Assembly: GCA_964005815.1 (NCBI GenBank)
Contig: CAXFSR010000009.1
Span: forward strand, 1 to 64,000
DNA from: an uncultured Nitrospinaceae bacterium
Lineage (GTDB): Bacteria > UBA8248
Length of the DNA: 64,000 nucleotides
Direction: 5' to 3'
Shown here piece after piece: positions 51,925 through 62,288 of the stretch (positions are counted from its first letter, which is position 1; the number at the start of each line of letters is the position of its first letter). Position numbers and translations under genes: made by a program. The notes under the pieces were generated by a model that was not told where the DNA came from, made no database searches, and saw only the letters and a program-made list of their open reading frames with translations.

Positions 51925-52821
51925 ATGCAGATATACTACAAGATTATTGTCTTGTTTGTTTTTTTCTTTAATTTTGTAATTTTTCCTTCGTATGGAGTTA
52001 CATTTAAAGATTACGAAAAAGTCCTTCAGGGTGCGAAAGAAGTCTCTTTTTCACCTGTACGCTCGGGAAGTGGAGAAAAGATATCTGGACTCCTTTATAC
52101 CCCTAGTGGCAAAGGACCATTTCCTGCAGTAGTTGCACTCCACGGTGCGGGTGGAATTTTCCCTTACCAACTATGGTGGGCGAAGAGTATCTCTAAGCTG
52201 GGTTATGTTGTTCTGTTTGTAGATCATTATTGTGAAAGAAAAATCCTATGTAACAGGATGACGGACGATTCAGATCGAGAACGTGGAGACGTGATGAATG
52301 ATTGGCAACAGGTAAGTCCGCGCCAGAGAATGATGGATGCTTTAGGAGCAGGAAAATTTTTAGTTAAGAAAAAAAATGTTCTAAAAAATAAGTTAGGATT
52401 AATTGGTTGGTCTTGGGGCGGTACTGTATCACTTTATTTGCAACGGTATAAGAAAAGAATGTCTCTACCTTTTGATGGATTTAAGGCCACAGTTGCTTTT
52501 TATCCAAATTTAAAGTGGGTTTTAGAAAAGCGCACATGGCAAGGAGGAGACTATATCAAGGAAAAGACTTTAATCTTATACGGTTTATCTGATGAATTAG
52601 AAAGTAAAGAAAGCTATGACTCTCTTCTTGAAGAGGAAGGCAAAGATTTTCTCGAGATAGTAGGATATCCAGACTCTTTCCGGAAGTTTGATGAATTGGG
52701 AGGATATCGTGAAAAATACCATCCAAGTGTTGGAGATTTTGCTAAGGAATTTAATAAGAAAGCGTTTGAAGACTCTTTGTTAAAAGTCACTGCTTTTTTT
52801 AAGAATAATCTAACAAGGTAG
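51925..52821 (+). CDS. Exported dienelactone hydrolase-family alpha/beta hydrolase
   Basis: Signal peptide, GPFPAVVALHGAGG, GLIGWSWGG, VAFYP, LILYGLSDE. Confidence 0.8.
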   Translation: MQIYYKIIVLFVFFFNFVIFPSYGVTFKDYEKVLQGAKEVSFSPVRSGSGEKISGLLYTPSGKGPFPAVVALHGAGGIFPYQLWWAKSISKLGYVVLFVDHYCERKILCNRMTDDSDRERGDVMNDWQQVSPRQRMMDALGAGKFLVKKKNVLKNKLGLIGWSWGGTVSLYLQRYKKRMSLPFDGFKATVAFYPNLKWVLEKRTWQGGDYIKEKTLILYGLSDELESKESYDSLLEEEGKDFLEIVGYPDSFRKFDELGGYREKYHPSVGDFAKEFNKKAFEDSLLKVTAFFKNNLTR

Positions 52822-52856
52822 CTTTTATTTTTTACTAAAGAAGTTTTGAGGGGAAA

Positions 52857-54158
52857 ATGGTATTGGACAATCAATTTAAAAAACTCATAAGTAAATGGCC
52901 GAGATATGTAAAAACTAAATCTTTTTTGTTCTTCAGTGGTCAGTTAGGATTGCATCCAAAGTCTCTAGAATTGTGTTTAAAGCACGAAGATGTAGAGAAT
53001 TTGGGACCTGCTCCAAATCATAGTTATCCGTGGGTTGATTCAATCGAAGGACCTATAGCTTCACAGTCTATTTCTGCATACGAAAGTGTTTCTGAAATTC
53101 TTGAAAAAGAAGGTGGAGATTTAACTCAACTTGTTCGATTTCACCTTTATCAAAGAGACAAACGTTTTTTTCCTGTTTTTGATTCTATAAGAAAATTTTA
53201 TGAGCCGAATGATCCTACTCCCAGTACTGCAGTAGGAATGGGTCATTTCGACCCTAATGAGTCTGTTCGATTTAATATTGATGGAATTGCTATGAACCCC
53301 GAAGCAGAAAAAAGTTTGGGAAAAAGAACTGCATTACCTGGTTCAATAGAGCATAGTTCTGCCGCGCATTTTTCGCATGTTGTTGGTGCAGGACCCTATC
53401 TTTTTGTCGCAGGGCAAATTCCTACAGATACCTCTAAACCCGGTTCTCCTTTGATTAATAATTATGATGATATTCCAGAAGAGGGGCATATTTTAAAAGT
53501 TGGGAGAAGTCATGAAGATAGTCGAAATGGTCCAATTGCAGTTCAAACATGGTTTACTTACGATTTGATTAGAAAACACCTAGAGGGTTCGGGTTCTTCT
53601 ATGGAACACATATTAAATCTCACTGTATACCTTCAGGATATGCGAGATTTTCCAACTTTCCATCGAATTCATGAAACTTTCTTTCCTTCTGATCCTCCAG
53701 CGCTCACTGTTCTACAAGTTGCAGAAGTTGGACATAAAGGAGAACGAATAGAAATTGAACCCACTGCCATTGCAGTAGATTCAAATATTAGAAAAGAAAT
53801 TGTAACTTCTGGAAATGACTCTTTGCCAGCTCATATGAGTCTTGGAACTAGAGCAGGAGATTTGGTCTTTTTGTCTAATATTACTCCTGTTGAAGGAGAA
53901 AAAGAAGATGTGTTATCTCAAGCTGAAAGTATCTTTTCTCAGTTGAAGAGTACGTTGTCTATTTTGAATGCAGACTTTTCTAACATTTCTCATCTAACAG
54001 TCTTTTTGAAAGAGATTAATGATCTGGTTACTTTAGAGACAATTTTTGAGAAGATTTTTTCAAACGAAAGGCCAGCATTTACTGCCTTGCAAATTCCTTT
54101 GCCATCACCGAATGTAGAGGCAGATGTTTCTATGACTGCAATAGTTTCTCTCTCGTAA
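52857..54158 (+). CDS. Rid (YjgF/YER057c/UK114) family protein with three tandem domains
   Basis: Three repeats: LFFSGQ...LVRFHLYQRD, LFVAGQ...ILNLTVYLQD...IEIE, VFLSNI...ISHLTVFLKE. Confidence 0.75.
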   Translation: MVLDNQFKKLISKWPRYVKTKSFLFFSGQLGLHPKSLELCLKHEDVENLGPAPNHSYPWVDSIEGPIASQSISAYESVSEILEKEGGDLTQLVRFHLYQRDKRFFPVFDSIRKFYEPNDPTPSTAVGMGHFDPNESVRFNIDGIAMNPEAEKSLGKRTALPGSIEHSSAAHFSHVVGAGPYLFVAGQIPTDTSKPGSPLINNYDDIPEEGHILKVGRSHEDSRNGPIAVQTWFTYDLIRKHLEGSGSSMEHILNLTVYLQDMRDFPTFHRIHETFFPSDPPALTVLQVAEVGHKGERIEIEPTAIAVDSNIRKEIVTSGNDSLPAHMSLGTRAGDLVFLSNITPVEGEKEDVLSQAESIFSQLKSTLSILNADFSNISHLTVFLKEINDLVTLETIFEKIFSNERPAFTALQIPLPSPNVEADVSMTAIVSLS

Positions 54159-54209
54159 GTATTTCTTAAGTACTCGTAGGGTTTTACGTATTTTGAATAG
54201 GAAGCAAGA

Positions 54210-55430
54210 ATGAAACGTTCAAAACTCACAATTGTTCTTGGAGTTCTCGTTCTATGAGTGTTTTGTTCGAGCAGTATTTATTTTTGGTGGCTAAATAACA
54301 AAGATTTTGAGACTACTGACAACGCTTATATTAAGGCTCCTATAGTCCCTATCACTTCAAGAGTGAAAGGAATGGTTCAAAAAATTTATGTGGATGAGCA
54401 TCAAGAAGTAAGAAGAGGTGATTTGATCGTCCAATTGGATCCAAGACTTTTCTCCATTGCAGTTGAACATGCTAGGGCAGAAGTGTTGGTTGCTCGAAAC
54501 AAATTTGAGTCAAGTAAAACAAAAGTTAAATATGAAGGAGATCGATTTAAGCCACTTGTGAATGAGAGAAAATCACGTCTCTCAATGCTAGAACAAACAA
54601 TCAAATCTGCAAAATCACTTTTTCAGCAAAAGAGTAACGAAGTGAAAATTAGTCTTTTGAACCTTAAAAGAACGAAGGACTTACTATTAAAAAATAGGAA
54701 ATTATTTCATCACAAAATAATATCTAGTGAAATTTTAGAAAAAGTTATTAGTAAACACGATGTTGAACTTGCGACATATAATGCAAGCATTGCTTCTAGA
54801 AATGTAGAGAGAAATAAAATCAAAGCATTAAAAGAGAAAATGCATGAATTGAAGGCTTCAGTGTCTTTAATTGATAAAGAAAAATTGTCAACAAAAATAC
54901 AAATACAGGAATCTCTATCCTTGAAAGGAGAGTTGGAGGTTGCTAAAGCAAAGTTGAGAAGAGCAAAGTTGCTTCTTTCTTATACTTCTATACGTGCTCC
55001 TATAAGTGGAGTCTTTAGCAAAAAAAGCGTTGAAATTGGTAGTTTTGTCCAGCCAGAAAGAAGTTTGGGACTGATAGTTCCTCTAAGAGAAATCTATGTA
55101 CAAGCAAATTTTAAAGAAGGACAAGTTAAGAATCTGAGGATAGGTCAAAAAGTGGAAATTATTGCGGATGCTTATCCTGGCAAGACTTTCTTTGGAAAAA
55201 TAAAAAATTTTTTTTCTGGAACAGGAGACTCGTTTTCTTTGCTACCTACGGAAAATGCGACAGGAAACTGGATCAAGGTTGTAAGGAGAGTTCCAGTTAA
55301 AATCACTCTTGATAATCAAGAGTTAAAAAATACCCCTTTGTTAATAGGAATGTCCGTTTACGTAAGGGTCAAAGTGAAAAATCAATCTCAGTCTCATGTT
55401 TCTGTTATGAATTTTAAAATGAAAAAATGA
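54210..55430 (+). CDS. EmrA/HlyD-type efflux adaptor; in-frame TGA at 54255-54257 in the membrane anchor (recoded or pseudogene)
   Basis: ETTDNAY, ITSRVKG, IRAPISG, ANFKE, PTENATGNWIKVVRRVPVKI. ATG 54210 with AGGAAG RBS gives MKRSKLTIVLGVLVL*VFCSSSIYFWW; track ORF starts at GTG 54258. Confidence 0.8.
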
Positions 55431-55447
55431 TTTGGGTCTTTTAGAAA

Positions 55448-57001
55448 ATGAATGAAACTCAAAGTGAACAATTCATTTCTAATTCTAAGAATCGTTTTTT
55501 GATTACTACTGCGACAGTTTTTTGAACTTTTATTTCGGTAATGGATGTAAGTGTAGTAAATGTTTCTCTCCCTCATATGAGGGGCGCATTTGGAGTTGAT
55601 TTATCGGCTATAACTTGGATTGCTACTAGTTATTCTATTTCACAGATAATTATGATCACAATGACAGGATGGTGGAGTACTGTCCTTGGAAGAAAAAACT
55701 TTTATTTATTATCCTTTCTTATTTTTACAGTTGGTTCCCTTCTTTCCGCGACAGCTAGTTCTTTTGCAGAAATCATAATTTATAGATCCATACAAGGAAT
55801 TGGTGGTGGCCCACTTATTCCCATTTCGCAGGCGATTCTTAGAGAGACGTATTCATCTAAACAGCAGGGTGTCGCAATGGGTCTTTTTGGAATGGGTGTT
55901 GTACTTGCTCCCGCAATGGGGCCTGTCTTCGGTGGTTGGTTAACTGAGGAATATGGATGGCCATGGGTCTTTTTTATTAATATCCCATTTTGTGTGATCG
56001 GTATGGTTTTAGTAAATATATTCATAATAGATCCTCCGTTCTTGAAACGCGGAATTAAAAAAGTTGATTGGGGTGGCATATGTCTTTTGTCTATTACTTT
56101 AGTGGGACTTCAGTTTGTATTAGAAAGAGGACAGGAGGAATACTGGTTTGATTCCGATCTTATTACGATATTGACTGTTATCACTGTTTTTGCAGCTATC
56201 ATTCTTGTTTTTTGGGAATTGAACACGGTAGATCCAATTATAAATTTTAGAGTTTTAAAAAATTTACCCCTGAGTATAGGGTCGCTAATTATATTCATTT
56301 TTGGCATAGCACTTTTTGGTTCTACTTTTTTGATGCCTCAACTTCTACAAAATCTTTTTTCTTATTCTGCTATGGATGCAGGATTAGTACTTCTTCCCCG
56401 GGGTGCAATTCTCTTTATTATGCTTCCAACAGTTGGGTTCTTGTTTAATTTTATAGGGGCTCGTTTTCTTATTTTTTGCGGTGCTTGCTTTATGTCGTAT
56501 ACATTTTATCTCTTATCTCAATTAACATTAGAAGCAAATTATTGGGACTTGGCATTTCCTCTTATGATTATGGGTTTTGGAATGCCATGTTTCTTTGTAA
56601 CCTTATCTGCAGTTTTTTTCAGTACTATTTCGCCTAAGGATACTACTTCTGCTTCGGCGCTTTACAATCTTAGTAGACGTATAGGCGGGAATCTCGGGTA
56701 TGCTTTATTAACAACATTACTAGCTAGAGATGAAGCATTTTATCGAATTGCTCTTATAGGTTCTGTTAGCGATTTGAATCGTGAATTTTGGAGTTTTAAA
56801 GATCAAATCTTCTCGCTATTTTTACATCAACAGAACGCATTTTCTTTGTTGAAAATGCATCCATTAAAAATGGCAGAGGATCTAATTACTCTTCATTCTG
56901 GAATTCTTTCCTATAACTCAGTACATTTTTTCTTAGGAGGAATGTTTCTTCTAGTTTTCCCGATGATTTTTCTTATACCAAAAGAAAAGAAAGGGAAATG
57001 A
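55448..57001 (+). CDS. EmrB/DHA2-family MFS efflux permease; in-frame TGA at 55523-55525 in TM1 (recoded or pseudogene)
   Basis: MDVSVVNVSLPHM, WIATSY, RSIQGIGGG, APAMGPVFGGWLTE, WVFFINIP. ATG 55448 gives MNETQSEQFISNSKNRFLITTATVF*TFISVMD; track ORF starts at ATG 55541. Confidence 0.8.
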
Positions 57002-57102
57002 GAAAAGAGTGATTTTATATTTTTTTTATAGAGGTTTTTAAAAAAACTTTTAAGAAGTATGATGAAGTTATTCGTGTTTATTTTTTTGGAGATTTCATAT
57101 AA

Positions 57103-58437
57103 ATGGATAATTCCTTTAGTTCTAAAAGACAAAAGTCTAAAGAACTGTCTGAAAAAGCAAAAAATTTAATTGCAGGTGGAATTACAAGTGAACTACGTTA
57201 TGCAACTCCATTTCCTATTTTTATATCTAAAGCAAAAGGTTCTCGAAAATGGGATGTAGATGGAAACGAATATATAGATTATTCAATGGGAAGCGCTGCT
57301 CTTTTATTAGGTCATTCTCATGAAGCTATTGTCGAAGCAGTAAATTTACAAGTTAATCAAGGTACTTTGTATTCTTCTTTGACAGAAAAAGAATTAGAGT
57401 GGGCAGAGTTAATATCTGGTATGTATCGCTCGTCCGAGCGTGTAAGGTTTGTAGGTTCTGGGACGGAAGCTAATATTTTAGCAATAAGGTTGGCAAGGGC
57501 GTTTACCGGTCGGAGTAAGATAATTCGATTCGAAGGACATTTTCATGGTTGGGGGGATGATACTAATGTTGGAATTAAGTTTCCATTTGACAAAAAAGTA
57601 TCCCATGGATTACCTGATAATGTCGTAGATTCATCGATTGTCTGCCCTGCAGACTTGCAATTTGTTGAAGATGTTTTGTCTCAGAACAAAGATATTGCAG
57701 CGATTATTCTTGAGCCATCAGGAGCGTCTTGGGGAACCGTTCCTATTCCTGATTCATTTTTACAGGGCCTTAGAAAATTGTGTGATTTGTACGATGTGCT
57801 CCTAATTTTTGATGAAGTAATTACTGGATTTAGGTGGAGTCCCGGAGGAATTCAGGAACTTGAGAGTGTTACCCCGGATCTGACTACCCTTGCAAAGAAT
57901 CTTACTGGTGGTTTGCCAGGAGGTTGTGTATCTGGAAAATCCGAATTGATGGATCTTCTAGATCCCAGCAAGGAATTTAAGGGTCTTCAAGCAGGGGTTT
58001 TTCATCGCGGTACTTTTAATGCAAATCCTTTATCAGCTGCGAGTGGGATAGCTGCACTTGAGATCTTCAAATTGGGAGAAGTACAAAAAAAAGCAGATAT
58101 GTCAGCCGAAAAACTGAGACAGAATTTTTCAAAGATTTTTAAGAAATATGAGATCTCTGGATTTGTATATGGGGAGTCTTCTACTTTTCATGTTTTTCTG
58201 GGTTCCCATAAAAAAGAAGACTTTACCAGCTTACACGCTCGTGAGTTAAAGACTATTCCACAAAGTCAAGTTTTAGATTTTCAGTTATCTTTAAGAAGCA
58301 GAGGGGTAGATCTGATGTCTTATACGGGAGGTGTCACCTCCTCTGCTCATTCTGAAGAAGATATTGAAATGACAATAAACGCATTTGAAGAATCAATTGT
58401 GGAGCTTGTGAAAAATGACAAGATTCCTAGGCTCTAA
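57103..58437 (+). CDS. Class III PLP aminotransferase, GSA-aminomutase-like paralog
   Basis: WDVDGNEYID, SGTEA, FHGW, IFDEVITGFR, TLAKNLTGG, GTFNANP. Confidence 0.85.
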   Translation: MDNSFSSKRQKSKELSEKAKNLIAGGITSELRYATPFPIFISKAKGSRKWDVDGNEYIDYSMGSAALLLGHSHEAIVEAVNLQVNQGTLYSSLTEKELEWAELISGMYRSSERVRFVGSGTEANILAIRLARAFTGRSKIIRFEGHFHGWGDDTNVGIKFPFDKKVSHGLPDNVVDSSIVCPADLQFVEDVLSQNKDIAAIILEPSGASWGTVPIPDSFLQGLRKLCDLYDVLLIFDEVITGFRWSPGGIQELESVTPDLTTLAKNLTGGLPGGCVSGKSELMDLLDPSKEFKGLQAGVFHRGTFNANPLSAASGIAALEIFKLGEVQKKADMSAEKLRQNFSKIFKKYEISGFVYGESSTFHVFLGSHKKEDFTSLHARELKTIPQSQVLDFQLSLRSRGVDLMSYTGGVTSSAHSEEDIEMTINAFEESIVELVKNDKIPRL

Positions 58438-58439
58438 AT

Positions 58440-61400
58440 TTATTTTTTCATTCTTATTTTTTTAGTTTCTGATTTGTCCACTTTAAGGTTCCTTGAATCG
58501 ATGGATACTCCATAATCTGTTAGTGCACTTTTAATGGAGACCACACCATTTTTTACATCTTGTAAGACAGCTTTGATCGGTCTTTGGTAAGGATTTCCAA
58601 ATCCGCCTCCGCCAGCCCCTTCAATTTTAAGGTTTCCGGGAAGTAATTCTATATTTTGATATTGTGGAAGAGTTGTCCACTTACGACTCCCATTTTCTTT
58701 GTAAAGTACTTTTGCAATAGAACCAGGTTTTCCTTTTTTTAAACCAAAAGATGTTATCGTTCTACAAGATTCTCCTCTTGTAGAACAGCTAACAGGAGAT
58801 TTGATTTCAACCTCATAACTTACACTTGTTCCGCCTCTCCATTTCCCAGGTCCTCCCCCGTCTTTTCTTATTTCTTGTCGGATAAAGTGTACTGGATAAT
58901 CCTGTTCGTAATGTTCTAAATTTGGAATTGTTAAAGCTCCTAAAGTTGGGAGATTTCCAATTAGATCTAACCCATCTCTCCCCATCACTGCACCAGTTCC
59001 GGGTCCTCCAAGCCAATGGTAGATTACAAAAAACTCATCCTTTTCATCATAACCAGCAGTAATTGGATATGCAGTTTTTGCCCATGCAGCCGAGACTTTA
59101 TCAGATAAATGTTTATGTATAGATTTCCAAACACAATGAATTATTTCGTGTGCAGGAAATACCGTACATAATGTAACAGGTGCAGGAAAACTTGCATTCA
59201 CTACACTTCCTTCAGGTGCAATTATTTTTATGGGTCTATATGACCCTTCATTATGTGGAATATTCGGATCTACCAGGGAAGAAATTCCCGTATATAAAGC
59301 AGAATGGGTATTTGATATCGGACTGTTTTTGTATCCTTTAATCTGTGGAGAACTTCCAGAGAAATCGGCGGTGATATTTGTTCCTTTTTTTGTAAGTTTG
59401 AGATGTATTGGTATTTCTTTTTCATCAAAACAATCTGTGTTCATAGTTTCTGTTCCCTTGTAAATACCGTCTGGAATTTTCTTTAACTCAGATCGCATCA
59501 GTGATTCAGAATAATTTAGCAGTTCCGAAAAACCTTGTAAGACAAATTTCTTTCCTTTTTCGCGAATTATTTCTGTAAGTTTAGAGACTCCTATTTTTGT
59601 ACTTCCAACCATTGCGGAAAAGTCGTGTCTAATTACTTCGGAGGCTCGTGTGTTTGATAGGATAAGTTTTAGAATATCATCTTCGAAATTTCCTCTATTT
59701 CTAATTTTTATAGGCGATATTCTTATTCCTTCATGAAAAATTTCTGTTGCGTCAGAATTGTAAGTTCCTATTACACCTCCACCAACATCAACTTGGTGAG
59801 CTCTATTTGAAACGAAACCACAAAGAGTATTTTGTTCGAAAATTGGTGCTATTACAGTCCAGTCAGGTAGATGATTTCCTCCTCCAATATAGGGATCGTT
59901 TAATAGAAAGAGATCTCCAGGAAAAATTCTTTTGTTAAATTTTTTAAGAACTCCGCGAACTGCAAATCCTCCACTTCCTGTATGAATAGGAAGTCCATCA
60001 GCTTGAGATACTAGTTGACCCGAAGAGTCTGTAATAAAACAAGAAAAATCATGTGCCTGACTAAAAATAGTTGAACGTGCAGTTCTTTGCATTATGATGC
60101 CCATTTGTCGAGATATAAGATCTAGTTGATTTTGAAAAATAGCTAGACTGGCAGGGTCAATTTTTTCTTTTTTGTAATTTTTTCTTTTTTGTGTTTTTCT
60201 TGTTACTAGTTCTATTTGAAATGCACCATTCTTGTTGAGAGATAGGATATCTCCAGGTTCAACTAAAATTGTAGTTGAAGATTCTTCTATAATAGCAGGC
60301 CCTTTAATTTTCATCTGTTTTGTTATATGTTTTCCGTTGAATACTTTAGCATTCTCCCAACTTTGAGTTTTTTCAAAATAAACATTTCTTTCCCCTGTAA
60401 AAACTTTTTCTGCTTTTTGAACTTGAGGATGTCTGGGAATCGATGAGTTTTGCTTTTCTTGAAGTGTAATCCTAAATCCTGTAATTTGAACTGGTTCAGT
60501 AGGTCTGTTATGTCCATAGCTTTTCAGATGTTCTTCATGAAAAAGTTTTTCTAATTTTTTGGGAGATAGGTTTTTTAAAGAAATGCTATCTAAATTGATA
60601 GTAAGTTCCCAAGCTTGGCCTGGGTATTGCATATCTATTCCAAATTTCAACTCTTGATTTTTTGTTTCTGAACCCAAGCTTTTAGTTTCATTTTTTAGAT
60701 TTTTGAATTGTTTGAGAATATTCATTGCTGTTATTTCGCTTGTTCTAACCATAAAACTTCTCTTTCGATCATATCGTAATGGTCCACAAACCATACCTAA
60801 AGCACAAGCTGCAGAAGCTTCTCTTGGAATGAGAATTTTTTTGATTCCACAAATTCTCGCAACACTGGATACAGAGATTCCACCTGCACCACCACCTGCA
60901 ATTAGTGTTAGGTCTCTAGGATCAGAACCGTGTCGAGAACAAATTGTGAGAATAGAACTTGCCATAAATTGGTTTGCTAAACGTATAGCGCTGATTGCAG
61001 ATTGATTTATATTCATTTTCAGTTTTTTAGCAACAAAATTGTTGAAAGCTCTACTCGCATTTTCGATTGAGAGTGGAATTTCTCCGTCCAGTAATCCCTT
61101 AGTATTAATTCGGCCTAACAATAAATTCGCATCTGTGATAGTTGGCTGTTTGCCTCCTTTGCTATAACAGGCAGGTCCGGGCTCTGATCCCGCGCTTTTA
61201 GGTCCGACTCTAATCCCTTTAGCTGCATCTACCCAGATCAAAGTACCTCCGCCTGTTCCTATTGTTTGTACTTCTACAGACGGCAAATTCACGTGATAAC
61301 CACCTACGGTGGATTGATCTATCATTCCGGGATTTCCATCTCTTATGAGAGTTACATCTGTACTAGTTCCACCCATATCGAAAAAAATGCCGTTTTGTTT

Positions 61401-62255
61401 TTTGAAAGATTTTGCATAAATACAACCAGTAGAGGCCCCCGCTGCTGGACCGGAGAGAACAAGAGAAATAGGGGTGCGAATTGCCTGTTTTATATCAGTC
61501 ATTCCTCCATTGCTTTGTACAAGATGAATTGGATTAACATAGCGAATTGCTCTCAGTTGTTTCTCAAGTTCTTTGAGGTAAGAAGTTACAACAGGATAGA
61601 TATAGGCATTAACACAAGTTGTAGAACTTCTTTCATATTCTCCAATGATAGGTGCGATTTCAGAAGAGAGGAAAATAGGAGTCTTCAATCCTCTTTCTTT
61701 TAATATTTTTCTTGCCATTTTTTCATGAGAAGAATTTAGGTAAGAATTGATGAAACATATTGCTAAAGATTCAATTTTTTCTTTTTTGAAGAATGAAGCT
61801 GCATTAAGAATGTCATTTTTCCGCAGTTCTGTTTCTTCACGTCCATTCGCATCAATTCTTTCTTCGATTGGGAATCGAAGGAAACGATCTGCTAGTACTG
61901 TGGGATAAGCAGCTCGATGATCCCATACATTTTCTCTAAATCCTCTCCTAAATGATAAAGAATCACGGAATCCTTTTGTTGTTAACAGCCCTATTTTAGC
62001 GCCTTTATTTGTAAGTAACGCGTTCGTGGCAGCAGTGGTTCCATGAACAAATTTTTCACAATTTTCAAGTAGATATTCTTTTGAAACATCCAAATGCCCA
62101 GCAGCTTTTTCTATGCAATCGATTATTCCAAGTTCTGGATTCTTGACGTTAGTTGGCGATTTACTTAAGCATAGCAGATTTGAATTGGTGTCCATGAGTA
62201 CCAGATCGGTGAAAGTACCGCCAACATCTACGCCTATATTGAATTTTTTTTCCAT
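58440..62255 (-). CDS. Fused hydantoinase/oxoprolinase A+B protein
   Basis: VDVGGTFTD, HGTT, EYER, SGPAAG, DMGGTSTD, SAGSEPGPACY; B half NDPY.GGNHLPD, HQVDVGG, FHEG, GGPGKWRGG, GGGGFG. Confidence 0.9.
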   Translation of the reverse strand: MEKKFNIGVDVGGTFTDLVLMDTNSNLLCLSKSPTNVKNPELGIIDCIEKAAGHLDVSKEYLLENCEKFVHGTTAATNALLTNKGAKIGLLTTKGFRDSLSFRRGFRENVWDHRAAYPTVLADRFLRFPIEERIDANGREETELRKNDILNAASFFKKEKIESLAICFINSYLNSSHEKMARKILKERGLKTPIFLSSEIAPIIGEYERSSTTCVNAYIYPVVTSYLKELEKQLRAIRYVNPIHLVQSNGGMTDIKQAIRTPISLVLSGPAAGASTGCIYAKSFKKQNGIFFDMGGTSTDVTLIRDGNPGMIDQSTVGGYHVNLPSVEVQTIGTGGGTLIWVDAAKGIRVGPKSAGSEPGPACYSKGGKQPTITDANLLLGRINTKGLLDGEIPLSIENASRAFNNFVAKKLKMNINQSAISAIRLANQFMASSILTICSRHGSDPRDLTLIAGGGAGGISVSSVARICGIKKILIPREASAACALGMVCGPLRYDRKRSFMVRTSEITAMNILKQFKNLKNETKSLGSETKNQELKFGIDMQYPGQAWELTINLDSISLKNLSPKKLEKLFHEEHLKSYGHNRPTEPVQITGFRITLQEKQNSSIPRHPQVQKAEKVFTGERNVYFEKTQSWENAKVFNGKHITKQMKIKGPAIIEESSTTILVEPGDILSLNKNGAFQIELVTRKTQKRKNYKKEKIDPASLAIFQNQLDLISRQMGIIMQRTARSTIFSQAHDFSCFITDSSGQLVSQADGLPIHTGSGGFAVRGVLKKFNKRIFPGDLFLLNDPYIGGGNHLPDWTVIAPIFEQNTLCGFVSNRAHQVDVGGGVIGTYNSDATEIFHEGIRISPIKIRNRGNFEDDILKLILSNTRASEVIRHDFSAMVGSTKIGVSKLTEIIREKGKKFVLQGFSELLNYSESLMRSELKKIPDGIYKGTETMNTDCFDEKEIPIHLKLTKKGTNITADFSGSSPQIKGYKNSPISNTHSALYTGISSLVDPNIPHNEGSYRPIKIIAPEGSVVNASFPAPVTLCTVFPAHEIIHCVWKSIHKHLSDKVSAAWAKTAYPITAGYDEKDEFFVIYHWLGGPGTGAVMGRDGLDLIGNLPTLGALTIPNLEHYEQDYPVHFIRQEIRKDGGGPGKWRGGTSVSYEVEIKSPVSCSTRGESCRTITSFGLKKGKPGSIAKVLYKENGSRKWTTLPQYQNIELLPGNLKIEGAGGGGFGNPYQRPIKAVLQDVKNGVVSIKSALTDYGVSIDSRNLKVDKSETKKIRMKK

Positions 62256-62288
62256 TCTATGAATTTCCTTAACAATTTTCCCTTGGAA

